Shown piece by piece: positions 37,145 to 45,091 of a stretch of 64,000 nt of DNA (position 1 is its first letter; each line of letters opens with the position of its first letter). The notes below the pieces were generated by a model. The model made no database searches and had not been told where the DNA came from. It was given only the letters and a program-made list of their open reading frames with translations. Origin of the DNA: a virus; IMG/VR virus record IMGVR_UViG_3300030390_001550, positions 1-64,000 of that record; one strand, 5' to 3'. The position numbers and the translations under genes were made by a program.

Positions 37145-37726
37145 ATGAATAATACAACAAATGGCGGTTCACAACCAGCAATGATTCCACCAAAAATGCA
37201 ATTAATTTCAAATGGAATGTATGTGTTTATGGGTGATGTGTCTATGGATACGATGAGTCCAATTATTGATTGGATATTATCAGAAAATATGAAAAGAAGT
37301 GATAGACAAAAAGAATTGACTTTAGGTATTTGCTCAAGAGGTGGTGATCTTAATGCTTGCTTTGCATTAGTTGATGTTTTGAGAGCATCAACAATTCCTG
37401 TTAAGACTGTAGGATTAGGTATGATTGCATCTTGTGGTTTGCTTTTATTTATATCTGGACAAAAAGGTAAAAGAATTTTAACACCAAATACTGCAATTTT
37501 ATCTCATCAATATTCTTGGGGTAGTGTAGGTAAAGAACATGAATTGTTTGCCAGAGTGAAAGAGATGGAACTCACAACCGAGCGTATGATTAATCATTAC
37601 AAAAAATGCACTGGGATGAATGAAAAAAAAGTAAGAGAGTTTCTTCTTCCACCAGAAGATGTTTGGTTAAGCGCAGAGGAAGCAAAAAGTTTAAAACTTT
37701 GTGATAAAATAGAAGATATACAATAA
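37145..37726 (+). CDS. clpP: ClpP-like serine protease
   Basis: S.GGD, G.IASCG (Ser), LSHQ (His), DVWLSAEEA (Asp). Confidence 0.85.
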   Translation: MNNTTNGGSQPAMIPPKMQLISNGMYVFMGDVSMDTMSPIIDWILSENMKRSDRQKELTLGICSRGGDLNACFALVDVLRASTIPVKTVGLGMIASCGLLLFISGQKGKRILTPNTAILSHQYSWGSVGKEHELFARVKEMELTTERMINHYKKCTGMNEKKVREFLLPPEDVWLSAEEAKSLKLCDKIEDIQ

Positions 37727-37754
37727 AAATATTACTAAATACATCTAATGAGTT

Positions 37755-37780
37755 GAGGAAGCCTTGGCTTCCTCTTTTTT
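37755..37780 (+). terminator. Rho-independent terminator-like hairpin
   Basis: GAGGAAGC-CTTG-GCTTCCTC-TTTTTT. Confidence 0.75.
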
Positions 37781-37797
37781 TAAAAGAAAGAGAGAAA

Positions 37798-38625
37798 ATG
37801 ACACAACTGATAAATCCAAAGAAATTTACTAACACTGTGGGGCTTTTACGCTCCTTTTTTTTGACCAGAGGGTTTCAAGAAGTACATACGCAAAATAGAT
37901 TAAGCATTTTAGCAGCATGTGAAGACCCAGAAAATGTAGCAAGTTATAATTATGAAGGTGAGGTTTGGCCTTTACCGCAAACAGGTCAAATGTGGCTAGA
38001 ACATGAATTATTATCTGATCCCTCTGCGAAGGGATTTTTTTGTGTCTCCACTTCATATAGACAAGAACCAAACGCAATTCCAGGTAGACACGATACGATT
38101 TTTCCTATGTTTGAATTTGAAATGGCAGGTGATATTAATGATCTTAAAGTTATGGAAAGACAATTAGTAAGTCACTTAGGTTTTGACGATTGCACAGAGA
38201 AAACGTATGGAGAATGGCAGCAACATTATGGTGTTAGTGCAAATACCGAATTGGATGCCCAACATGAGTTGGCAATGCAAGCATCATTCGGTTCTTGTAT
38301 GATTACAGATTTTCCAGAGATAACAAGTCCGTTTTGGAATATGTCTAGAAACGAGGATGGTACAAGTAGAAAAATTGATGTTATCCTTGGTGGTATGGAA
38401 ACTATTGGTAGTGCAGAACGCAGTACCGACAAAGAACAAATGAGAAACACATTTAATACAATTTCTAATGGTGAATATGCTGGACTCATCAAGAGTTTAT
38501 TTGGAGATGAAAGGGTTGAGGCAGAACTTGAAAAGTTTCTTGAGTTTGATTTCTTCCCAAGAGTTGGTGGTGGTATAGGGTTGACACGAATGATATCCGC
38601 TCTAGAAACTCAAAAGAGTAACTAA
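37798..38625 (+). CDS. Class IIb aaRS catalytic-domain-only protein (AsnRS/AsnA-like)
   Basis: Motif 1 LRSFF...GF.EV.T, LPQTGQM.LE, motif 2 YRQE...RH...F.M.EFE, ETIGSAER, motif 3 GGGIGLTR; no N-terminal OB-fold. Confidence 0.85.
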   Translation: MTQLINPKKFTNTVGLLRSFFLTRGFQEVHTQNRLSILAACEDPENVASYNYEGEVWPLPQTGQMWLEHELLSDPSAKGFFCVSTSYRQEPNAIPGRHDTIFPMFEFEMAGDINDLKVMERQLVSHLGFDDCTEKTYGEWQQHYGVSANTELDAQHELAMQASFGSCMITDFPEITSPFWNMSRNEDGTSRKIDVILGGMETIGSAERSTDKEQMRNTFNTISNGEYAGLIKSLFGDERVEAELEKFLEFDFFPRVGGGIGLTRMISALETQKSN

Positions 38626-38634
38626 AGCGCATAT

Positions 38635-38745
38635 TCTGGGGTGGTGGAATAGGTAGACACGCGATACTGTTTATATCGTGGATATATAGTTAAGTGTAAA
38701 AGACTATTTATATTCGTGAAGGTTCGAGTCCTTCCCCCAGAGCCA
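38635..38745 (+). tRNA. Non-canonical tRNA-Asn(GTT), 111 nt, extra-long variable arm
   Basis: TCTGGGG/CCCCAGA acceptor, G73, CCA; CGATA-CTGTTTA-TATCG anticodon arm; GAAGG-TTCGAGT-CCTTC T-arm. Confidence 0.85.
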
Positions 38746-38759
38746 AAGGAAATAAAAAA

Positions 38760-39623
38760 ATGATACCAGTGATTGATTTAAATTCTTCATATGCAAATCA
38801 GCATATTGAGGATGCCTACACATCTGTGGGTTTTGCAGTTTTTACTAATAGTTTAACTCAAATTGAAAAGTCTGACATAATTAGTTGGTTTAGCGAAATG
38901 AAAGCATTTTTCAATTTACCTGATGAAATAAAGAAAAAATATCCATATGAAGGCGATACCAATCTAGGATATAGCATGGTGGGTGATGAAAATGTTGATC
39001 CAACAGCACCTAAAGACATTAAAGAATCTTTCAATTACAATAATACAAGAATGAGCGAATATCTTTGGCCCAAAGAACTTCCAGGATTTAAAGCAACAGC
39101 ATTACAAAGTATTGATGTTGCAGACAAACTTACGATTAGAATACTTAGTAGGTTTGATGAAATTCTAAAATGTGGCACTACTCTTGTGGACGCTCATATG
39201 AAACCATTTAACACTACAAGAGTTATTCATTACCCAGCCCATGATGGTCCAGTAGAAGATAAGCAAATGAGAATAGGTGAACATAGTGACTATGGTACTA
39301 TCACATTACTGTGGCAAATTAATGATGTTCCAGGATTGCAAGTTCAAGACTTAAAAGGAGAGTGGCATCCAGTGCCATATGATGTTGACGGTGTGGTTGT
39401 GAATATTGGCGATCTACTCCAGAGATGGACAAACGATTACTTTAAAAGCACTAAGCATAGAGTAGTTAATTCGCATATACATAAGACTAGATACAGTATG
39501 CCACATTTTGTTGATCCTACTCCAGGAACAATGGTGAAAAATTTGAGAACCCATGAGGTTGACAAGTACTTACCTATTGAGAGTAAAGAATATTTGATGT
39601 GGAGACTAGCACAAAGTTATTGA
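38760..39623 (+). CDS. 2OG-Fe(II) oxygenase, isopenicillin N synthase family
   Basis: IPVIDL, GF, D.KE.F, R..HYP, HSDYG.ITLL.Q, GLQV, NIGD.L.RWTN...ST.HRV, RYS. Confidence 0.92.
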   Translation: MIPVIDLNSSYANQHIEDAYTSVGFAVFTNSLTQIEKSDIISWFSEMKAFFNLPDEIKKKYPYEGDTNLGYSMVGDENVDPTAPKDIKESFNYNNTRMSEYLWPKELPGFKATALQSIDVADKLTIRILSRFDEILKCGTTLVDAHMKPFNTTRVIHYPAHDGPVEDKQMRIGEHSDYGTITLLWQINDVPGLQVQDLKGEWHPVPYDVDGVVVNIGDLLQRWTNDYFKSTKHRVVNSHIHKTRYSMPHFVDPTPGTMVKNLRTHEVDKYLPIESKEYLMWRLAQSY

Positions 39624-39631
39624 GGTATATT

Positions 39632-40408
39632 ATGCATTCTTTAGTACTATTAGGATATGGGTTTGTTGGTAAGGCAGTACATGACGTACTGAAAGATCAT
39701 CACAATATTATTATTGTAGACCCACAATATTCAAACGACACAGTAGAAGATCAAGTTGGAAAGGATGGTTACATAGTTTGCTTGCCCACCCCTCAAGGAC
39801 AGTATGGTGAGTGTGATGTAAGTATTATTTTTGAAATGTTAAATAAAATTCCTGCTGTAGATGGTCAAGTTACAGAGGTTCTTATAAAATCTACTATATC
39901 AATAGAAGGTTGGAGAGAAATTGAAAAAGATAATACGCATTTAAATATATGTTTTTCTCCAGAGTTTTTAACTGCTGCAAAAGCATCTGAAGATTTTAAA
40001 AATCAAGATAAAATGCTTTTCGGTGGTGGGAATGAAGATTTCTGGATTAATGTTTTTGAACCTTGCAAAAAGTTTGATGCAGTCCGATCATCAATTCCTG
40101 AACTCATCATAACTAAATATGTTAGAAATTCTTTCCTAGCAACAAAAGTCGCGTTTTTTAATGAAGTTTATGATCTTTGTGCTTCTTTGAATATCCAATA
40201 CGATGAAGTATCATATCTCGTAGGTATGGATGAAAGGATTGGATATTCACATATAAGTGTTCCAGGTCCAGATGGTGATAGAGGTTTTGGCGGTGCTTGT
40301 TTTCCAAAAGACACACTTGCTTTGCAGCATTCAGCGGAAAGTAGGGATCAGCATCTTAATATTTTAAATGCTGCAATTGCATCAAATAGAAATAAGAGAA
40401 AACTATGA
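39632..40408 (+). CDS. UDP-glucose/GDP-mannose 6-dehydrogenase family
   Basis: GYGFVG, CLPTP, IKST, PEFL, KY..N.FLA.KV.F.NE, GFGG.CFPKD. Confidence 0.9.
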   Translation: MHSLVLLGYGFVGKAVHDVLKDHHNIIIVDPQYSNDTVEDQVGKDGYIVCLPTPQGQYGECDVSIIFEMLNKIPAVDGQVTEVLIKSTISIEGWREIEKDNTHLNICFSPEFLTAAKASEDFKNQDKMLFGGGNEDFWINVFEPCKKFDAVRSSIPELIITKYVRNSFLATKVAFFNEVYDLCASLNIQYDEVSYLVGMDERIGYSHISVPGPDGDRGFGGACFPKDTLALQHSAESRDQHLNILNAAIASNRNKRKL

Positions 40409-41088
40409 AATCATATGTAATAACAATTATGGATATGGAAAAATCTGTCAAGGCAGCGGAAAAGTGTATTCAATCTGCTGCTGAATATGGTGTGACGGTA
40501 GAGATGTTTCCTGCGATAACGCCAAAAGATGATCCTTCAAGAATGATGGACGAGCGCAATATACCAACTTTTAGATTTAATGAAAAATGGTCTAGAACCG
40601 AAAGATGTATGGCAGCATTTTTATCTCATCATAGTCTTTGGAAAAAATGTGAAGAAGAAAAAGATCAATCTTATTTAATTTTGGAGCATGATGCAGTTTT
40701 TGAAGGAAATATCCCAAATATAAGTATGCTTGAGATCAACACAGAGCCACTATTAGTATCTTTGGGGGAACCATCTTATGGTTCATATGAAACTCCAAAT
40801 ACTATTGGTTTAAATAAATTACAATCAAAATCTTACCTTCCAGGCGCACATGCTTACATGATTAACTATAAGGCAGCACACCAACTTGTCGTTAGAGCAA
40901 AAAATGACCCTTGCCCAACTGATGTTTTTATTGATAATAGAAGATTTTATTTTTTACATGAATGGAGTCCATTTCCTATTACTGTAAAGGATACTTTCAC
41001 AACTATACAAAGAGAAATCGGATGTGCAAGTAAACACTCTTATAAAAAGACGATTGAAACAGGAAAGGGTAAATATGATATTATTTGA
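40405..41088 (+). CDS. Glycosyltransferase family 25-like
   Basis: FLSH.SLW, ILEHDA, GAHAY. Confidence 0.85.
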   Translation: MKSYVITIMDMEKSVKAAEKCIQSAAEYGVTVEMFPAITPKDDPSRMMDERNIPTFRFNEKWSRTERCMAAFLSHHSLWKKCEEEKDQSYLILEHDAVFEGNIPNISMLEINTEPLLVSLGEPSYGSYETPNTIGLNKLQSKSYLPGAHAYMINYKAAHQLVVRAKNDPCPTDVFIDNRRFYFLHEWSPFPITVKDTFTTIQREIGCASKHSYKKTIETGKGKYDII

Positions 41089-41794
41089 TAAATGTTTCAT
41101 CACTGGTTGTGATGAAAATACTGAATGGATGCTTCCTTGGTTTGTTGAAAATTATAAAACCCATAATGATATTCCTTTAGTTTTTGCAGACTTTGGTGTT
41201 AGTTTAGAATTAAAAAATATGTTATCACACTTAGGTTTTGATCATGTTATAGACATGCGAAACACAATTGCAGATTCTACGATTGGTAATCCAAAAAAAT
41301 TAGTTAATTGGTTTAAAAAACCAAAAGCGATGATAAATTGTTCTAAAATTTCAAATTATAGTTGCTGGATAGATAGTGACATAGAAGTTTTAGCAGATAT
41401 ATCAGATATTTTTAGTTATGTTGTTCCTAACAAATTAGGAATGGTTCAAGACCACCCATGGTCAACAAGAATGAAGCAAACTTGGCATAATTCTGGAATT
41501 GTTGCATTCAAAGATTGTCCAGAAATTTTAAAGAAATGGTCGCAATATATTGAAAAAGGTGGTCATGGTCAGAGAGGCGATCAGGAAGTACTCCATGCAT
41601 TGTTAACAGCCCCACTTAATAGAATGATACATATTACTGATATTCCAAATGAATATAATTGGTTAAGATTACAATTTGAGAATGATAATCAAAAAAGTGA
41701 CAATGCAAAGGCGATTCATTGGACAGGTAGAAAAGGAAAAGCGCGAATTATGAGTAAAATGGGAATGGAAATTATGGAAGATTCTAATGCCTAG
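41075..41794 (+). CDS. Glycosyltransferase (GT8-like)
   Basis: WF.KP, WIDSD, NSG.V, GDQEVL, YNW.R, HWTG. Confidence 0.8.
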   Translation: MILFDKCFITGCDENTEWMLPWFVENYKTHNDIPLVFADFGVSLELKNMLSHLGFDHVIDMRNTIADSTIGNPKKLVNWFKKPKAMINCSKISNYSCWIDSDIEVLADISDIFSYVVPNKLGMVQDHPWSTRMKQTWHNSGIVAFKDCPEILKKWSQYIEKGGHGQRGDQEVLHALLTAPLNRMIHITDIPNEYNWLRLQFENDNQKSDNAKAIHWTGRKGKARIMSKMGMEIMEDSNA

Positions 41795-42389
41795 TGTAGC
41801 ACATATTATTGGTAACGGAAAAAGTGCTGGCTTATATAATCCATCAAAGGGTTTAAAGATCGTATGTAATCTTCCACCTATGGAAGTTAACAATGTATAT
41901 ACAACAGTGATGGTTGATTTTAAAATGATGAAAGCCATATCAACAGGAAGTGTTCAAGTTCTTGGGGATTGGGTATTAGGTGCTAGACCAAAGCATTGGA
42001 TGGAAATGAGAAATGATTTCTATATCCATTATTCAAAACAAATTAAAGAGTTTTATACAGTTCTACCTAAATATGCTTCAAACTATACAGATTTTAATTG
42101 TGGGCATATGGCAACACATTACACTGCAAATAAATTAAAAAGAGAAGAGATTCATATGTATGGGTTTGATTCAATGTTTGGTTTTGATATTACAAGTCAC
42201 TCAGATGTATATTTACCCTCTCCAAGAGATAATTTAAACACTCAAAGATTGACAGAAAATTGGAGACCTATTTGGCATGGACTATTTAGAGAGTTTCCAA
42301 AAACTCAATTCGTTATTCATCAAGTGAAGGGTAAATCTTTAGTAAAATTACCTGATAATGTTGAAGTGGTTTATCCAAAGCGCAAATAG
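41787..42389 (+). CDS. Hypothetical protein with sialyltransferase/MAF-like motifs
   Basis: HIIGNG.S, N.GH.A, MYGFD. Confidence 0.6.
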   Translation: MPSVAHIIGNGKSAGLYNPSKGLKIVCNLPPMEVNNVYTTVMVDFKMMKAISTGSVQVLGDWVLGARPKHWMEMRNDFYIHYSKQIKEFYTVLPKYASNYTDFNCGHMATHYTANKLKREEIHMYGFDSMFGFDITSHSDVYLPSPRDNLNTQRLTENWRPIWHGLFREFPKTQFVIHQVKGKSLVKLPDNVEVVYPKRK

Positions 42390-42410
42390 TATACTACCCT
42401 CATCATAAAG

Positions 42411-42449
42411 GAGTCTCCTTATTATACATACGATTGGATGATTCGTCAA
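42411..42449 (-). promoter_or_regulatory. Antisense sigma70 promoter with two GANTC sites
   Basis: Minus strand TTGACG-aatcatccaatcgtatg-TATAAT-AAGGAGACTC; same architecture as 17898-17936. Confidence 0.7.
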
Positions 42450-42523
42450 CCCTAAAAATATACTTGACAGTAATTTAATTATATGATACTTTAAGGTGTA
42501 ATAAGAAAGCGTGAGAGAATCAT

Positions 42524-42931
42524 ATGATATTAGAAATCTTAAATAGACCTTCAAAAATCTCAGATGAGATGCTTGATTCTATTGTGAATCATGCAGATAG
42601 AGTTCTAGAATTAGAAGAATTAGAAGAACTTCAAATAGTATTCAAAGCAGAAAATAATGATACTTGTGGTTATTTTGATGGTATTGGTGATGAGGAAGAA
42701 GGTGTTGCTGTTATTGAAATCAATAGTAAGAAACCTATAGATGAAATCGTCAAAACAATATTCCACGAAATTGTTCATGTCCAGCAAGTGTTACATGGAT
42801 TTTTCTGTGTTGATGAAAAAACTTGGCATGGTGATTATTTTGGTGATCTTGACTATGATGAAAAGCCTTGGGAGATAGATGCTTTCTCAAAAGAGCGTAT
42901 GCTTTATAGTAGTTGGAAAACTTGTACCTAA
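42524..42931 (+). CDS. Zinc metallopeptidase-like early protein
   Basis: HEIVHVQQ...PWE.DA; promoter TTGACA at 42464 with GAGAATCA leader. Confidence 0.8.
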   Translation: MILEILNRPSKISDEMLDSIVNHADRVLELEELEELQIVFKAENNDTCGYFDGIGDEEEGVAVIEINSKKPIDEIVKTIFHEIVHVQQVLHGFFCVDEKTWHGDYFGDLDYDEKPWEIDAFSKERMLYSSWKTCT

Positions 42932-43125
42932 AGCCGTAAAAAACACTAAATATAGTATGAGATTAACTACAAGTGCGGTAATACATGCATCACGAAAAAC
43001 CTGCCCCAGTTGATGATCCTTGTGACGATTGGAGCAAAGAGATTGATAGGTTGAGAAAATACTTGACAATCTAAAAAAAATATGCGATAATAGAAAATCA
43101 CTAAATAATGGCAAGGGAAATCGCT

Positions 43126-43314
43126 ATGAGTGAAAATGCATATTGGACTGTAAAGGCGTATAATTGGGATTCTCAAAACAAAAATTTTGTACTTTCTGAG
43201 TGGGGGTCTGGATTTACTCATAATAACGCAGATAGTTACTATAAGAAAATGAGAGTGACTAACAAGTTTGCAAAGTTAACTATGGAAAAAATGCTTGTTG
43301 ACACACCCTATTAA
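43126..43314 (+). CDS. Hypothetical protein
   Basis: ORF after TTGACA at 43063. Confidence 0.55.
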   Translation: MSENAYWTVKAYNWDSQNKNFVLSEWGSGFTHNNADSYYKKMRVTNKFAKLTMEKMLVDTPY

Positions 43315-43354
43315 GTATGCTATAAAATATATGTAATCAAAAAAAGAGAGAATC

Positions 43355-43651
43355 ATGATTGATATGAATACCCCACAACCTGCTACTAATGACTCTAACT
43401 GGCATTATTTTCGGTGTGAAGAAGATGCTAGGATCAATCCTATGACTGCCCAAGGTGAGCAATCTAATATGATGCAAGCCGACTTTGGAAAATGGGCCAA
43501 GGGTAACGGAACTTGGACAACAGTATCTTCTTATTACGAAAATGTACAGATGTGGTATGAAGATACTTCAAATGTAATGTGGATAGGTAATTATCGGTAC
43601 GGTGAACCAGTATATCAAACTGAATATGATGGGATGGAAATCTATGGATGA
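43355..43651 (+). CDS. Early hypothetical protein
   Basis: TTGACA-17-TATAAA at 43298, GAGAGAATCATG leader. Confidence 0.7.
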   Translation: MIDMNTPQPATNDSNWHYFRCEEDARINPMTAQGEQSNMMQADFGKWAKGNGTWTTVSSYYENVQMWYEDTSNVMWIGNYRYGEPVYQTEYDGMEIYG

Positions 43652-43820
43652 TAATGATTTTGCGACTAAGGAAGATATGTTAGAACTAGTTGGAGATACA
43701 GTTGCAAATCTCAATCATAGGATTGATGTATTGAGTTCTGCTGTTGAAAGCATGATGAGGAATATGAAAGTAATACTTGATATTCACATCTCAAACCAAG
43801 ATGATGGCGATTTAGAATGA
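43644..43820 (+). CDS. Hypothetical protein
   Basis: Overlap-coupled ORF. Confidence 0.55.
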   Translation: MDDNDFATKEDMLELVGDTVANLNHRIDVLSSAVESMMRNMKVILDIHISNQDDGDLE

Positions 43821-44071
43821 TACGCGCAAAAACACCACAATCAGATATTATAATTGATCTTGATGGGCCAGATGGTAATGCTTTTCAACTACTTGCATAT
43901 GCAAAAAAATTAGCGCACCATAAGGGTATGAGAGCATCACCTATTATGTCGGAAATGTGTTCTGGTACAGATTATTGGAAATTAGTTAAGATTTTTGATA
44001 AACATTTCGGTGATATGGTCGTTCTAGAAAGTAGTGATAGAAAACTTATGGAGTTTGTAAATGCGGATTAA
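43817..44071 (+). CDS. Conserved phage hypothetical protein
   Basis: IDL.GPDGNAF.L motif. Confidence 0.75.
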   Translation: MIRAKTPQSDIIIDLDGPDGNAFQLLAYAKKLAHHKGMRASPIMSEMCSGTDYWKLVKIFDKHFGDMVVLESSDRKLMEFVNAD

Positions 44072-44270
44072 TTCATATGGACGTACAGCCACGGTAATGT
44101 CAACAATGCAAAATTTGGCTATTAGAAAAACGGCAAAGAGCAATTTTCGTAGTGTAATGGAATTGGAGCAAATGCCTATGGCAAAAGATAGTGCAAGTCA
44201 TTCTAAAAATCATGAAATTGATTATCAAAAACTTGTTGATGCCATTATCAAAAGTGGTGATTTAAAATAA
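44061..44270 (+). CDS. Hypothetical protein
   Basis: Coupled ORF. Confidence 0.5.
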   Translation: MRINSYGRTATVMSTMQNLAIRKTAKSNFRSVMELEQMPMAKDSASHSKNHEIDYQKLVDAIIKSGDLK

Positions 44271-44578
44271 TGATATTAAACGTCACAGACAAGGCAAAAG
44301 AATATATGACCCATCAGTTAGTTTTGGCTGAGAAAAATTATGTACTTCTTGAGGTAAAGGGTGGCGGTTGTAGTGGTTTTAAATATGAATGGTCGTATGT
44401 TGAGGATAATTCAAAAGGCACTCTGATTGATAATATATTGGTTCTTGATGCTATGGCAGAAATGTTTGTCTTTGGATGTACTGTTGATTACATAACAGAA
44501 CTTGGTGGTAATTATTTAATAGTACAAAATCCAAATGCAAAAGCACAATGTGGTTGTGGAGAAAGTTTTGCAGTCTAA
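44270..44578 (+). CDS. iscA: A-type Fe-S carrier (IscA/HesB)
   Basis: GGGCSGF.Y, NPNA...CGCGESF. Confidence 0.92.
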   Translation: MILNVTDKAKEYMTHQLVLAEKNYVLLEVKGGGCSGFKYEWSYVEDNSKGTLIDNILVLDAMAEMFVFGCTVDYITELGGNYLIVQNPNAKAQCGCGESFAV

Positions 44579-44680
44579 AGATTGGTATTGGTTAAATGAC
44601 GATGGTAAGTATGTTGTTGATTGGGACTTACTAATGGATGCGATGATAAATGAATTAAAGAAAGAAATATCAAAAAAGAG

Positions 44681-44730
44681 TTGACAAGCCTTCTTAACTA
44701 TGCTAAATTATAAGAGTAGAAAGAATTATG
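44681..44730 (+). promoter_or_regulatory. Early promoter cassette (degenerate copy)
   Basis: TTGACA-17-TAAATT-ATAAGAGTAGAAAGAATT. Confidence 0.7.
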
Positions 44731-44741
44731 AAAGTGTTACC

Positions 44742-45008
44742 ATGATTTATAAACAGACCATAAAAGATTCTCGCGATAAAAATAATACCTTGTATGGTAT
44801 TGGTCGTAAAGATTCTATGCATGGTAAACAACCAGATGAAGGTGGTTATGCTGTTTGGGTTCGTAGAGGTAATTATTCTGGTAGTGCAAAAGGCGGCATC
44901 GCATATACATGGCGAAAGGTTAAAGGTGATCTAGGTTATGTTGAGGCTGTAAAGTTGATGAATAAAAGACTTAAAAGAAAAGAGTTTGTTGAAGAATTAC
45001 CAAAATAA
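44742..45008 (+). CDS. Early hypothetical protein
   Basis: Follows cassette; NY.G...GGI..TWR.V motif. Confidence 0.65.
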   Translation: MIYKQTIKDSRDKNNTLYGIGRKDSMHGKQPDEGGYAVWVRRGNYSGSAKGGIAYTWRKVKGDLGYVEAVKLMNKRLKRKEFVEELPK

Positions 45009-45015
45009 AAGTTTT

Positions 45016-45091
45016 GGTCTCTTGGCTCAATGGATAGAGCAACGGCCTTCTAAGCCGTAGGTTGCAAGTTCGAGTCTTGCAGAGACCGCCA
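45016..45091 (+). tRNA. tRNA-Arg(TCT)
   Basis: GGTCTCT/AGAGACC, ACGGC-CTTCTAA-GCCGT, TTCGA, CCA. Confidence 0.95.

Noticed and set aside
38679-38717. Intron in the unusual tRNA
   Set aside because: It lies at the variable-arm position, is far too short for a group I/II intron and has no bulge-helix-bulge; better read as a long V-arm.
38635-38745. Selenocysteine or suppressor tRNA, or genetic-code reassignment
   Set aside because: Anticodon is GTT, the fold is 7/5, and conserved genes read intact in code 11 with TAA, TAG and TGA all used as stops.
42370-42420. Minus-strand 11-codon ORF MMRVVYYLRFG after AAGGAG
   Set aside because: The apparent RBS lies between the -10 and the expected start site, so it would not be transcribed; no counterpart at the 17.9 kb promoter.
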